DNA from: an uncultured delta proteobacterium
GTDB taxonomy: Bacteria; Myxococcota; Myxococcia; Myxococcales; Myxococcaceae
Length of the DNA: 64,000 nt
NCBI GenBank assembly: GCA_963776345.1
Contig: CAVZMH010000001.1
Location: forward strand, 128,001-192,000
Reading direction: 5' to 3'
The notes under the pieces are model-generated. The model had not been told where the DNA came from. It searched no databases and saw only the letters and a list, made by a program, of their open reading frames with translations. A program made the translations under genes and the position numbers. Positions 1 through 11,697 of the stretch are shown one piece after another; within the stretch, counting starts at the first letter, position 1, and each line of letters starts with the position of its first letter.

Positions 1-2
1 CC

Positions 3-758
3 GGTGCGGCGGCGCTCCACCTCCAGGACGCGGCCGAGCGGCGGCGGCTCCTGACCGACCAGGGCTACCGCGCGCGCTTCCGGCGCGAGTGGACCAGCAA
101 GCTGCTCCCCAAGGTGTTCCACCGCGACTTCAACCAGTCGGAGATCCTGCGCGCGCCCGACCCGGCGCTGGTCGGCAAGTCGTTCGCCACGGTCGCGCGC
201 GAGCGGGGGCAGGACGTGGTCGACGTCTTCCTCGACCTGGTCGCCCAGCACGGCCCCGCGCTCCGCTGGTACACGGTGATGGCCAACGACCGCCCGCGCG
301 AGGTCGAGCGCATCGTCGCCCACCCGGACGTCCTGATTGGCTTCTCGGACGCGGGCGCGCACCTGCGCAACATGGCGCACTACAACTTCCCGCTCCGGAT
401 GCTGCGGGTGGTGCGCGATGCCGAGAGGGCGGGACGTCCGCTCATGACCCCCGGGCAGGCGGTGCGCCGGCTCACCGGAGAGATCGCCGAGTGGTTCGGC
501 ATCGACGCAGGCGTCCTCGCGGCGGGGAGGCGGGCCGATCTCGTGGTGCTCGACCCGGAACGCCTCGGGTCCGAGCTCGACGTGCCCGTCGAGGCGCCGA
601 TGCCCGAGTTCGGCGGATTCGTCCGGCTGGTCAGCCAGAACGGCGGCGCGGTGTCGGACGTGCTCGTCCGCGGGCGCGCGGCCATCCGGGACGGGCGGCC
701 CACGGACGAGCTGGGCCGGGCGCACGGCCTCGGCCAGGTCCTCCGGGCGAGCGCCTGA
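3..758 (+). CDS. N-acyl-D-amino-acid deacylase / amidohydrolase family protein, C-terminal part (5' truncated by window edge)
   Basis: Frame is open from position 3. FSDAGAH motif and C-terminal G..ADLVV.D...VLVRG amidohydrolase signature. Confidence 0.8.
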   Translation, partial: GAAALHLQDAAERRRLLTDQGYRARFRREWTSKLLPKVFHRDFNQSEILRAPDPALVGKSFATVARERGQDVVDVFLDLVAQHGPALRWYTVMANDRPREVERIVAHPDVLIGFSDAGAHLRNMAHYNFPLRMLRVVRDAERAGRPLMTPGQAVRRLTGEIAEWFGIDAGVLAAGRRADLVVLDPERLGSELDVPVEAPMPEFGGFVRLVSQNGGAVSDVLVRGRAAIRDGRPTDELGRAHGLGQVLRASA

Positions 759-866
759 CGCGGAGCGAGACGCGGCTGGACGCCCTGCACGACGCCACGC
801 GTCGTTGCGCCGCGGGGGCGGAGCCGATACCCGGGGCAGGCGCGTCGCCCGCAGGAGGTTCCGAAG

Positions 867-1334
867 ATGGCTCCCCGTCCGCCCGTTCCCCCCTTCACCC
901 TCCAGACCGCGACCGCGAAGGTGCGCGCCGCCGAGGACGCCTGGAACACCCGTGACCCGGAACGGGTCGCCGGCGCCTACACGCCCGACAGCCGCTGGCG
1001 GAACCGCGCCGAGTTCTTCCAGGGACGCGAGGCCATCGTGGCCTTCCTCCGCCGGAAGTGGGCGCGCGAGCTCGAGTACCGGCTGATCAAGGAGCTGTGG
1101 GCGTTCCACGAGAACCGCATCGCGGTGCGGTTCGTCTACGAGTACCGCGACGACTCGGACAACTGGTTCCGGGCCCACGGCAACGAGCAGTGGGAGTTCG
1201 ACGCCGAGGGGTACATGCGCCGTCGCGAGGCCAGCATCAACGATGTGGCGATCCGCACCGAGGACCGGAAGTTCCGCTGGCCCCAGGGCCCGAGGCCGGC
1301 CGATCACCCTGGCCTCACCGACCTCGGCCTCTGA
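867..1334 (+). CDS. DUF1348 / NTF2-like (SnoaL-like) protein
   Basis: RPPVPPFT...[27 protein letters not shown]...YRLIKELW...GNE.WEF family pattern. Confidence 0.9.
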   Translation: MAPRPPVPPFTLQTATAKVRAAEDAWNTRDPERVAGAYTPDSRWRNRAEFFQGREAIVAFLRRKWARELEYRLIKELWAFHENRIAVRFVYEYRDDSDNWFRAHGNEQWEFDAEGYMRRREASINDVAIRTEDRKFRWPQGPRPADHPGLTDLGL

Positions 1335-1427
1335 GGCCCCGGCGGCACGCTGCAACCAGGCCTGGCCTGGAAGGCGCGCCCCCTCCCGTGGTGGCACAAT
1401 GGCTCCCCGGAGGTCGTCGGTCGGTCC

Positions 1428-2087
1428 ATGCCTGCTCAGCTCTTCCTGCACCAGCTCCAGCTCGGGCCGATGCAGAACTTCGTCTACCTGGTGGGCACCG
1501 AGGGTCAGCGCGACGTGGCGGTCGTCGACCCGGCCTGGGACGTGGGCGCCATCGAGAAGACCTGCACGCTCCACGGGAAGCGGCTCTGCGGCATCGTGCT
1601 CACCCACTCCCACAAGGACCACACCAACGGGGTGGGGGAGCTCCTCGGCAGCCGCGACCTCCCGGTCTACGTGCAGAAGAGCGAGCTCGACTTCTCCGAC
1701 GACCTGAGGGCGTTCACCGGCGCGCTCCGGCCGCTCGGACCCGGTGACTCGGTCCCGCTCGGGGGAGTGACCGCGAAGGTCATCCACACGCCCGGCCACA
1801 CCCCGGGCTCGCAGTGCCTCTACGCGGGGGACGCGCTCCTGTCCGGCGACACGCTCTTCGTCAACGGCTGTGGGCGGTGCGATCTGCGCGGCGGCGACCC
1901 GGGACAGATGTACGGGACGCTGTACCAGACGCTGCGCAAGCTGCCCGGCGCGACCCGGCTCTTCCCCGGTCACGACTACGGCGACGTCCAGGTCTCCTCG
2001 CTGAACCGGGAGGCGTCCCGGAATCCCTATTTTCAGTTCAAGGACTCGGCGTCGTTCGTCGCATACCGGATGCGGCCGCGGACCTGA
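1428..2087 (+). CDS. MBL-fold metallo-hydrolase (glyoxalase II-like)
   Basis: THSHKDH, HTPGHTPG, SGDTLF..GCGR, PGHDY motifs. Confidence 0.9.
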   Translation: MPAQLFLHQLQLGPMQNFVYLVGTEGQRDVAVVDPAWDVGAIEKTCTLHGKRLCGIVLTHSHKDHTNGVGELLGSRDLPVYVQKSELDFSDDLRAFTGALRPLGPGDSVPLGGVTAKVIHTPGHTPGSQCLYAGDALLSGDTLFVNGCGRCDLRGGDPGQMYGTLYQTLRKLPGATRLFPGHDYGDVQVSSLNREASRNPYFQFKDSASFVAYRMRPRT

Positions 2088-2826
2088 CCGCCTCGAGCGC
2101 GTCGACCGGAGCCGGCGCCGCGCGACGAAGAGAGAACGACGTGGCCAGGGCCAGCACCGCCACCGAGGCGGCCGACCAGAGCAGGGACCAGACGAGCGCC
2201 GGCACGTGGGTCTGCGCGGCCAGGAGCAGCGCGTCGCTCGGCCCTCCACCGCGCGGGCTCCAGAGGTCGTCTCGGAGATCGAACAACGCGTAGAGGCCGG
2301 TGAACACGGCGACGACCATCACCAGCGCTCGGACCCCACCCGCTGGCAGCATCCGCGCGAGCACCAGCAGCACCGCGCCCATCACCAGGCAATACCCGAG
2401 GGTGAACGCGTTCCCGGCGTAGACCAGCCCCATCGCCGTCACCCACACGCCCATCGCGTAGAGCACCGCCCGGTGCAGGCGGAGGCGGAAGGCGAGCACC
2501 AGCTGGAGCGCGCCGGACACGGCGCTCCCCAGGTAGCCGGCGGAGTACACGGCGATCTGCGGGAGCCATCCCCCGGGCAGCGACGAGAGGCACTGCCCGG
2601 ACTCGTCCGCGCCCACCAGGACCCGCTCCACCCGGCCTCCGAAGAGCAGCGTCGCCAGAGCGTGCCCCGTCTCGTGCACCAGGACGACCAGGAGCCGGAG
2701 CGGCGCCAGCCAGGGAGCGTTCCAGGCCCAGAGGCCGGCAAGCAGCAGGACTGCCAGGATGGCGAGCCGCCAGGCATCGAGGCCGGGACGCGGGCGCAGG
2801 GAGGTGGGCACGGGCGGGTCCACCAT
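2038..2826 (-). CDS. M50B-like intramembrane metallopeptidase
   Basis: HETGH zinc motif within hydrophobic segments, AGYLG, and C-terminal SDA motif; multiple TM helices. Confidence 0.8.
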   Translation of the reverse strand: MVDPPVPTSLRPRPGLDAWRLAILAVLLLAGLWAWNAPWLAPLRLLVVLVHETGHALATLLFGGRVERVLVGADESGQCLSSLPGGWLPQIAVYSAGYLGSAVSGALQLVLAFRLRLHRAVLYAMGVWVTAMGLVYAGNAFTLGYCLVMGAVLLVLARMLPAGGVRALVMVVAVFTGLYALFDLRDDLWSPRGGGPSDALLLAAQTHVPALVWSLLWSAASVAVLALATSFSLRRAAPAPVDALEAVRSAAASGMRRTTPSP

Positions 2827-2913
2827 CCTGGACGCTCGAGGCCCCCGCTCTATTTCAACGGTGGTCCAGTTGCGCCTGGAGGCCTGCGGCGAGCCCTCTC
2901 CGGGACAGGGGGG

Positions 2914-4578
<1,665 letters not shown>

Positions 4579-4647
4579 CGAACGGCCCCCCCGTACGTGA
4601 GGGCCAAACTAACAGCGGGGTGCCCCGGAGTCCAACGGGGGCGGACG

Positions 4648-5604
4648 TCAGCGGCCCGGTCTCAGGCTCGGCTTTCCGAGATAGCCGGTGAGCTTCGCGT
4701 TGCGGTACGCCGAGTCGGCCGGATCGACCGGGAGCTGGGTGAAGCCCGCGGCGATCATCCCCATGCGCCGGAGGAAGTCGGCCGTGGGGCGTATGCGGAG
4801 CACGATGTCCGGCTCGAAGTAGGGCAGCGCCCGGGCGAGCCGCAGCGTCCCCGACGCCTGGATGTCCAGCTCGGGGCCCTCGATCCGGAGCGCCTTCAGA
4901 GTGCCGGTGCCCCGCTCGATGGGAAGCTCGGCGTCGAGCTTCCCGAAGTTGACCGGTGGCAGATCCACCGGAGTCATCTGGCCCATCAGGGGCACGGTCA
5001 CCGTCCCCCCCTTCACTTCCAGGCCGCTGCCGGAGAGCCGCAGCCTGCCGGAGGCGTGCGAGAGGTCGGGCTGGCCACTCCCCGGGCCGCTGGTGGGGAT
5101 GTCGAGCGACAGCTCTCCGTCGAGCGTGCCCACCGCGTCCACGCCGGTGAGCGCGGCCACCCCGGCCTTGCTCAGCGACAGGTGGTCGAAGTGCACCCGC
5201 AGCCGCGGGGCGCTGCCGGCGCCGATGGCCCCGCCCGCATCGCCGCCGAAGAGAGATGCCGAGAAGCCCACCCCCCAGGGGAAGATCGAGGGCCGCAGCG
5301 TCAGCCGGTCCACCCGCACCGTCTGATCCGGCGGCCCGAGCCCGTCGGGCCGCTGCCCCACCCGCACGCCCCGGGCGCTCACCCCGAGGAACGCCGGGCC
5401 CATCGAATCGATGCGCACCCAGAGCCCGGCGGCGTCCGCCTCGGCGGCGATCCGGGCCCGGACCGCGTCGTACGGGAAGGTGAGCGCGAGGAAGAGCGAG
5501 AAGAGGAACACCCCCACGCCTACCCAGGCCGCGGTGCGCTGCCAGCCGACGAGCGGTGGCGTCCTCCAGGCGCGCAAGCGCTCGGTCAGCTCGGTGAGCT
5601 GCAT
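4648..5604 (-). CDS. gspN: Type II secretion system protein GspN
   Basis: N-terminal TM ending in LTFPY, beta-rich periplasmic body, last gene of the gsp run, overlaps gspM stop. Confidence 0.8.
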   Translation of the reverse strand: MQLTELTERLRAWRTPPLVGWQRTAAWVGVGVFLFSLFLALTFPYDAVRARIAAEADAAGLWVRIDSMGPAFLGVSARGVRVGQRPDGLGPPDQTVRVDRLTLRPSIFPWGVGFSASLFGGDAGGAIGAGSAPRLRVHFDHLSLSKAGVAALTGVDAVGTLDGELSLDIPTSGPGSGQPDLSHASGRLRLSGSGLEVKGGTVTVPLMGQMTPVDLPPVNFGKLDAELPIERGTGTLKALRIEGPELDIQASGTLRLARALPYFEPDIVLRIRPTADFLRRMGMIAAGFTQLPVDPADSAYRNAKLTGYLGKPSLRPGR

Positions 5605-6170
5605 CAGGGCGCCGCCTTCAGCCGGTACGCGGTGACCGTGGTCCAGGCGGTGAGCACACCGTCCTTGGGCCTCGGCTCGATGCGCAGGAAGGTGACCCGC
5701 ACCACGCCCGGACCCTGCTCCAGCGAACCGAGGAAGTCCACCAGCCTGGGGAGGGCAACGTCGGTGAGCGTGAGCTCCACGCTGTTCTCGACGATGCGTC
5801 CGTCGCCGACCGGGATCTCGCCCTTGGGGTTGAGCGAGGGGATCTCCAGACCCACCTGCTTCCCCTTCTCCGCCACGTAGGTGATGAGGCTCACCTCGCT
5901 GGCGGTGAGTGCCGCCTCCGCCTGCTTTCGGACACGCTCGGCCTCGGCGTACCCGGCGGCGAGCTGCTCGGCCTCGGCGAGGCGCTGCAGCTTGCTCTGG
6001 GTGCGGCGCCGGGTGGCGTCGGCCGAGGAGGAGAGAAGGAAGAGCACCAGGAAGGTCACCACCACCAGGGTGGCCCCGCCGGCGGCGCTCACCATCACCC
6101 GCTCGCGCGCGCTGAGCTTCAGGTACCAGGCCTGGAGGTCGCCCCAGAGAAGCCTGAGCCGCTCCATCAT
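5604..6170 (-). CDS. gspM: Type II secretion system protein GspM
   Basis: Start re-assigned to ATG 6170 (ATGA overlap with gspL stop). W..LS.RER motif, single TM, ferredoxin-like C-terminus. Confidence 0.82.
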   Translation of the reverse strand: MMERLRLLWGDLQAWYLKLSARERVMVSAAGGATLVVVTFLVLFLLSSSADATRRRTQSKLQRLAEAEQLAAGYAEAERVRKQAEAALTASEVSLITYVAEKGKQVGLEIPSLNPKGEIPVGDGRIVENSVELTLTDVALPRLVDFLGSLEQGPGVVRVTFLRIEPRPKDGVLTAWTTVTAYRLKAAP

Positions 6171-7744
6171 GATCCGCTCCCCGCGCTGGCGACGGCGTCG
6201 CCGCAGTCGACCTGGACGTCGAGCTGGAACTGCATCCGCGACGAATCGCGCGAGCGCTCCACCTTCCCTTCCTTCACCTCGCGGAAGCAGCGGTAGCTCT
6301 TCAGCGCCGCGGCGAGCTTGTCGATGCTGCGCGTCGTGTCGGTCTCGCCCCGGAGCTGGAGCCGGTCGAGGTCGAACACCATCTGGCTGAAGGTGACCGT
6401 CACCTCCGGCGGAACGCGCTGGGCCACCTCGGCCAGCAGCCGGGTCGCGGAGACGGGCGGCACCGCCGCCGCCGGGCTCTGCTGTCCCCGGAGGAGGTTC
6501 AGGGCCCGGTCGTAGTTCTTCTCGCATTTCCCCAGCACCCGCTGGGTGAGCGCGCACAGCCGGGCGTCCACCGCCGCCTCGCGCCGCCCGAGCACGACCG
6601 CGCGGGTGATGTTGAAGACGCAGAGCAGCAGCGCGAGCACCGCGGCGAAGGCCGCCACCCGGACCAGCCGCTGGCGGAGGTAGTCCACGTGCCCGCGGAA
6701 GGCGAACTCGCCCTGGCGGAGGTTGAAGCGCGGCGCGCGGCCGCCGGACATGGCCCCCCGGAGCGCCAGGGTGTAGGCCTGCGCGGCCCGGGGTTGCATC
6801 TCCGGCGCGACGACCGCCGTCGCGTTCGCGGGGAGCAGGAGCACGTCCGAGGGCTGACCCAGCTCGGACCCGAGGTGCTCGACCAGTCCCGGGAGCCGCG
6901 CGGTGCCGCCGGCGAGCAGCAGCCGGGCCACGGGGAGGTGCTCCCGGCCCGAGGCGGCCTTCAGGGTGGCCCGGGTCTCCCGGACGATGGAGCCGAGGGC
7001 GTGGGCCAGCGCCGTGCGGGCGCGCTCGTGCTCCGACCCGCCGCCCAGGGCGAGCGAGCCGTCGCGCTCCTTCCAGGCCTCGGCCTCGGCCAGCGGCACC
7101 TGGAACTCGGCGGCCAGGGCGCGCGAGAGGTCCCGGCCTCCGCCGGGAAAGGTGCGGGCGAAGAGCAGGCCCTCGGAGGGTCGCCCCACCGCGACGCAGG
7201 TCCGGCGGTGGCCGATGTCCAGCACGGCCACCGCGGCGCCGGGCGCCACCTCGAACCGCTCCGGCGCGGCGAGGAAGAGGTTCTGGTAGGCGATGGCGGG
7301 GTGGGTGACCACGCGCGGGTCGAGCCCGCGAACGGCGAGCGTCTTGAGCAGCTCGGCCAGCTCCTCCCGGTGCACCAGCCCGACGATCAGGTCGGTCGCG
7401 TTCGCCCGGCGCCGCGTCACCTGGTGGTCGAACACCACCTGCGAGAGCTCGAAGGGGAGCTCGCCCTCGACCTCGAAGGGCAGGGTGGCGGCGATGCGCT
7501 TGGGGTCGGTGAACGGAAGGGTGAAGGCGTGGGTCGCGAGCGAGGGGCCCGGAAGGGCGACCACCACCTGGTCCGGCGCCCAGGGGTTCTCGGCCAGGAA
7601 GACCGCCAGGGCCTCGTCCAGCGGCGCCTCCTCCGCCCGGCGGGTCTCGGCGTAGTGGAGCACGGACGTTCCTCGCCCGGTCGATTCCAGGAGAACGCCC
7701 TTGAGCGAATGACTGCCGAGGTCGAGGCCCAGCACCCGCGCCAT
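6167..7744 (-). CDS. gspL: Type II secretion system protein GspL (PilM-like actin-fold N-terminus)
   Basis: LGLDLGSHSLK and LDIGHRRT actin-like motifs, FNLRQGEF before a TM, position between gspK and gspM. Confidence 0.88.
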   Translation of the reverse strand: MARVLGLDLGSHSLKGVLLESTGRGTSVLHYAETRRAEEAPLDEALAVFLAENPWAPDQVVVALPGPSLATHAFTLPFTDPKRIAATLPFEVEGELPFELSQVVFDHQVTRRRANATDLIVGLVHREELAELLKTLAVRGLDPRVVTHPAIAYQNLFLAAPERFEVAPGAAVAVLDIGHRRTCVAVGRPSEGLLFARTFPGGGRDLSRALAAEFQVPLAEAEAWKERDGSLALGGGSEHERARTALAHALGSIVRETRATLKAASGREHLPVARLLLAGGTARLPGLVEHLGSELGQPSDVLLLPANATAVVAPEMQPRAAQAYTLALRGAMSGGRAPRFNLRQGEFAFRGHVDYLRQRLVRVAAFAAVLALLLCVFNITRAVVLGRREAAVDARLCALTQRVLGKCEKNYDRALNLLRGQQSPAAAVPPVSATRLLAEVAQRVPPEVTVTFSQMVFDLDRLQLRGETDTTRSIDKLAAALKSYRCFREVKEGKVERSRDSSRMQFQLDVQVDCGDAVASAGSGS

Positions 7745-8988
7745 CAGTCCGCCCTCCAGTACAGCACCCGCCCGAGGCCGTCCTGCTGCGGATCGGCGAG
7801 GCGGATCACCGCGGTCACCCGCCGCTCCACGTCCCCGGCCTGCCCGGTGGCCACGATGCGGAAGGTGTCGCTCTTGTCCCCGAGGAAGCTGTTGGCGGTG
7901 GTTCCGCCCACGCCCTGCCGCTGCGTCACCTGTGGGTTCACCCCGATGCCCGCCGACTGCACGATGGCGGTGAAGTCCTGCACCGAGAACCCCATCGGCA
8001 TCATCGCCTTGGCGGCGCGGATCTTCTGCACGATGCCGTCGAGGAAGATCGGGTCGTTGAGGCGCGGGTCCGGACGGGACGGATCTCCGATGCTCCGGAT
8101 CGCCAGGGCGATGAGCAGCGGGTCGTCGCTGTTCACGTTCAGGGGCGCGTTGGCATCCGGATAGACGGTGAGGCGGTCGGCGAAGGCGGCCATGAAGCGG
8201 TCGGTCACCCCGTTGACCAGGTACAGCTCCCCCAGCGAGTCGAACCAGGCGTTCTTCGGCCGGTACCGCGGCGTGTAGCGCGAGTAGAGCGCCGCCTCGT
8301 CCGAGAAGCCGGTCTGCAGCGCGACCTGTCCCAGCGCGGTCACGTTGAGCGCGGACTGGGTGTCGTCGTCGTCGACCCAGTCCTTGAGCGCGAGGAGCAC
8401 GTCGTTCGGGGTGGCGCGAACGTGGTTGGCGTCCTCGCGGTCGAAGACGAAGTCGAACCGCTTGTCGGAGACCAGGTTGTAGAGGCGCTGCACCGCGCCC
8501 TGGGCGCTGCCGGTCTGCAGGCCGGCCATGGCGTTGACGTTGAGCTTCTCCTGCTCGTCCTCGATACGGGCGTCGAAGCAGCCGGCGAAGCCGCCGTACT
8601 GGATGCGCCCCTGGTCGTCGAGCCCACCGGCGCCGGCGGTGGAGAACTTCGGGCGCCGGCCCGCGCCGGCCTGCGGCACCACCGTCTGGAGGAGGTGGCA
8701 GTCGAGCCGGGCCATCCGCCAGAGCTGGAGGTTGATCCCCGACAGTCCGCCGGGGAGCGCGCCCATGCTCCGGTCCAGCTGCTTCTGGAAGAGCAGGAGC
8801 ATGCGGGCCAGGCCCACGCTGCTCTTCGCCAGGTACTCGGCGCGGAGGCCGTCGCGCTGGTGGGTGGCCAATTCCAGATCCACCCGGGTCTGGAAGGCGA
8901 ACTCCGCCGCCACCGCGGTGAGGATGGCGATGGAGACGGTGACCATGAGGAGCGTGACGCCGCGCTGTGCTCGAGCAGGCCGTCGCAT
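7744..8988 (-). CDS. gspK: Type II secretion minor pseudopilin GspK
   Basis: Start re-assigned to ATG 8988. QRG|VTLLMV prepilin site, IEDEQEKLNVN, DWVD.D, PKN..FDSLGEL.LV.G. Confidence 0.9.
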   Translation of the reverse strand: MRRPARAQRGVTLLMVTVSIAILTAVAAEFAFQTRVDLELATHQRDGLRAEYLAKSSVGLARMLLLFQKQLDRSMGALPGGLSGINLQLWRMARLDCHLLQTVVPQAGAGRRPKFSTAGAGGLDDQGRIQYGGFAGCFDARIEDEQEKLNVNAMAGLQTGSAQGAVQRLYNLVSDKRFDFVFDREDANHVRATPNDVLLALKDWVDDDDTQSALNVTALGQVALQTGFSDEAALYSRYTPRYRPKNAWFDSLGELYLVNGVTDRFMAAFADRLTVYPDANAPLNVNSDDPLLIALAIRSIGDPSRPDPRLNDPIFLDGIVQKIRAAKAMMPMGFSVQDFTAIVQSAGIGVNPQVTQRQGVGGTTANSFLGDKSDTFRIVATGQAGDVERRVTAVIRLADPQQDGLGRVLYWRAD

Positions 8989-9656
8989 CAGAACCTCGGG
9001 ATCTCCGTGTTGAGCACGATGCGGGCCTGGGTCACGTAGCGCGCGTCGCGCTCGGTCTCGTCCAGGGCGTAGATGGAGATGCGGACCCGCACCGGGAGGA
9101 TCGATTTCTTCTCCAGGCGGCGGGTGTCCCACTCGTCGACCCAGTCCTTCTTGTCCGAGTCCCAGTAGGCGAAGTCGATGCGCTTGATGCCCTCGATCAG
9201 CACGTCCTCGGTGCCGCCGCGGTCCATGCGATCGTCGAGGAGAGAGTCCTCGCGGCGCATCAGGTTCATCCGGGTCTGGCCACCCTTGGTGGGCGCCGAC
9301 TTGGCGTAGTACTCGACCACCATCTGGTCCGATTCCTTGGCGTCGGCGTAGAGGCGCTGGTGGGCCATGGAGGTGAAGAGGAGCCGGTCGCGGGTGCCGA
9401 TGAAGTTGGTGGGCCGGTCGTTCTGGTCCCGGTAGCGCCGGAAGTCGTAGTGGTCGCTGACGAAGGCGGCGGAGATCTCGCGCACCATCCGGTCGGTGCC
9501 GGTGCGCAGGGCGCGGTAGCGGTCCGCCTCACTCTCGACCAGCTCCTTGGCCCGGTACCCGCTCTGGAAGGCGGCGGCGATGAGCGCGCCCATCATCGCG
9601 GTGATGCCCACCGCGATGACCACCTCGATGAGGGTGAATCCACGTGCGCGTCTCAC
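8988..9656 (-). CDS. gspJ: Type II secretion minor pseudopilin GspJ
   Basis: RG|FTLIEVVIA prepilin motif, C-terminal W.DEWD...LP..VRI. Confidence 0.9.
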   Translation of the reverse strand: MRRARGFTLIEVVIAVGITAMMGALIAAAFQSGYRAKELVESEADRYRALRTGTDRMVREISAAFVSDHYDFRRYRDQNDRPTNFIGTRDRLLFTSMAHQRLYADAKESDQMVVEYYAKSAPTKGGQTRMNLMRREDSLLDDRMDRGGTEDVLIEGIKRIDFAYWDSDKKDWVDEWDTRRLEKKSILPVRVRISIYALDETERDARYVTQARIVLNTEIPRF

Positions 9657-10552
9657 GGGCGGATCGGCCTCCCCGACGGGTCGAGCGCGGTGCCGGGCGG
9701 GGTGTTGCCGCGGATGGGACCCCCGAAGATGTTCTGACCCCCGGTGTTCACCCCGGGGATGCCTCCGCCGGGGAAGGGAGGCTGGCCGGGCAGACCGGGG
9801 ACAGCGCCGGGGACACCGGGCACGCCGGGGACGCCGGTCGCTCCCGCGGACAGCGGCGCGCCCGGCGTGCCGTTCCGGTCCGAGCCCTGCCGGAGCGAGA
9901 AGACGTCGTTGACGAAGTCCACGCTCTCGGTGCGCTTGCCCTCCTTCCAGCTCACGGTGAGGTGGATCTCCCGCACGCCCTGCTGGATCTGCTGGAGGAG
10001 GATGGTCATCTGGCTCTGGGCGAGCGTGGCGAAGGGGCCGAGGGCGGAGAGCCCGGAGGCACCGGTGGCTCCCGGCGGAAGCGCGCCCGCGAGCGGGCCG
10101 GACTGCGCGCCGAGGTTGCCCAGGCTCTGCTGGAGCTGGGAGAGGTCGCCCAGCCCCGCCACCCCGCCGTCGCGCCCGCCGCCGAGGAGCGCGGCGAGCC
10201 CCGAGACGCCGTCCTTGCCCGGGGGCAGGTTGAAGAGCGACGCGATGAGCTTGTCCGGCGAGACCTCGGTGGTGCGCGGGGTGAGGATCTGCGCCTTCCA
10301 GGTGAACGCCTCCCAGCCCTCGGCGCGGAAGTCGCCCGCCACGTCGCGGTCGTCGGCGTCGAAGCCCTTGTCGTAGAGCTCCTGCTCGAGGTCGGTCATC
10401 TTCGAGCGGGCGAGCATGGTGGCGACGGTGATCCGCTTGGCGTAGGCGTGGCTGGCGATGGCGCCGGAGTTGAGGTCGAAGATGGCCATCAGCGCGAGCC
10501 CGAGGATCGCCAGGGCCACCACCACCTCGAGGAGCGTGAAGCCGCGCCTCAT
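9653..10552 (-). CDS. gspI: Type II secretion minor pseudopilin GspI (extended)
   Basis: Start re-assigned to ATG 10552 (ATGA overlap with gspH stop). RG|FTLLEVVVALAI; late VREIHLTVSW motif. Confidence 0.85.
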   Translation of the reverse strand: MRRGFTLLEVVVALAILGLALMAIFDLNSGAIASHAYAKRITVATMLARSKMTDLEQELYDKGFDADDRDVAGDFRAEGWEAFTWKAQILTPRTTEVSPDKLIASLFNLPPGKDGVSGLAALLGGGRDGGVAGLGDLSQLQQSLGNLGAQSGPLAGALPPGATGASGLSALGPFATLAQSQMTILLQQIQQGVREIHLTVSWKEGKRTESVDFVNDVFSLRQGSDRNGTPGAPLSAGATGVPGVPGVPGAVPGLPGQPPFPGGGIPGVNTGGQNIFGGPIRGNTPPGTALDPSGRPIRP

Positions 10553-11274
10553 GACCGGGGGATCTCCGGCTCGCCGTCGACGATCGAGGTCCGGCCGGTG
10601 ATGGGCGAGACCAGCAGCGTCCAGACGTTCTTGCCCTGGCGAACGGTGACCTGGGCGCGCTCGGTGTAGCCCTGGGGGAAGAAATAGAGGTAGGCCAGGC
10701 CGCTGTCGATCTTCGCCCGCTGGTGCGAGGTCCAGACCGAGACCCGGACCCCGCTCATCTTGCGGGGCTGGATCTCCGGGGTGGTGAAGGCGGAGAACGC
10801 GGCGGCCTTCTCCACCCGGGCCTTCTCCGAGTCGAGCACGTCGAGGAGCGTGGAGCCCGTGGGTCGCGGTCCGGTCGGGGCCGCGGAATCTGCCGGCCTC
10901 GACCCGCGGTTGGCGCGCCGGTAGGCGTCGACGGCGGCCTTGGTCGCGTCGCGGATCTCCTGGTCGCGGTCCATCGCGCTGGTGACCGGCCCGCTGGCGC
11001 ACTCGGCGCGGTAGGCGAACTCGGTCGAGTCGTCGCGCGGGAGCAGGAACACCAGCCGGCAGGTGTGCCCGGTGAGCGCCGCGGTGTCGTAGAGCGAGCG
11101 CGCCGCCCCACCGAGCTCCCCCATCGCCTGGCGGGCCCGCGCGCCGGTGAGCGCACCGAGGCCGAGCACGATCGCCGAGAACAGCGCCGCCGCGATGCCG
11201 ATGGCCACGGTGAGCTCGATGAGGGTGAAGCCTCTGGAAACGCGGGGGGGCAGGGCCCATGGCGACGGGCACAC
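10549..11274 (-). CDS. gspH: Type II secretion minor pseudopilin GspH
   Basis: RG|FTLIELTVAI prepilin motif, YFFPQG and SPITGR typical of GspH/FimT. Confidence 0.85.
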   Translation of the reverse strand: MCPSPWALPPRVSRGFTLIELTVAIGIAAALFSAIVLGLGALTGARARQAMGELGGAARSLYDTAALTGHTCRLVFLLPRDDSTEFAYRAECASGPVTSAMDRDQEIRDATKAAVDAYRRANRGSRPADSAAPTGPRPTGSTLLDVLDSEKARVEKAAAFSAFTTPEIQPRKMSGVRVSVWTSHQRAKIDSGLAYLYFFPQGYTERAQVTVRQGKNVWTLLVSPITGRTSIVDGEPEIPRS

Positions 11275-11283
11275 GGCTTCACC

Positions 11284-11697
11284 TCACGGCTTCGCGGCGG
11301 TCGTCGGCCGGTTCGAGATGTCGGCGTTGGCCCCGTCGCCGCCGGGCACGCCGTCCGCGCCGTACGAGGTGATGATCGGCCGTCCGCTCTCCAGCGTGTA
11401 GACGTAGTCGTTGCCCCAGGCGTCCTTGGGCATCTTGTCCAGGATCTCCATGTCCACCAGCGCCTTCAGCCCGGTGGTGGTGTCCGGGAACTTGCCCTTG
11501 CGCGCGTTGTAGAGCTTCAGCCCCGAGTCGATGTTCCCGATGTCGAGGTTGGTCCGGTCGATGCGCGCCTTCTGGAGCTGCGGGAAGACGGCGATCACCA
11601 CCGCCGAGGCGATCAGCCCGAGGATCACCAGCACCACCATGATCTCGATCAGCGTCATGCCGCGTGGGGCGCGGCGTCCCTTGAGCTTTCGCTTCAT
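11284..11697 (-). CDS. gspG: Type II secretion major pseudopilin GspG
   Basis: Start at ATG 11697 after GGAGGGAG. RG|MTLIEIMVV, PKDAWGNDY.Y, SYGADG..GGDG..ADI. Confidence 0.95.
   Translation of the reverse strand: MKRKLKGRRAPRGMTLIEIMVVLVILGLIASAVVIAVFPQLQKARIDRTNLDIGNIDSGLKLYNARKGKFPDTTTGLKALVDMEILDKMPKDAWGNDYVYTLESGRPIITSYGADGVPGGDGANADISNRPTTAAKP

Noticed and set aside
1392..1406. TGGCAC upstream of the MBL hydrolase
   Set aside because: No -12 TTGC element at the required spacing.
9653..11272. 539-aa ORF suggesting a giant pseudopilin
   Set aside because: The upstream half is an off-frame overlap of gspH; the prepilin motif begins at ATG 10552.
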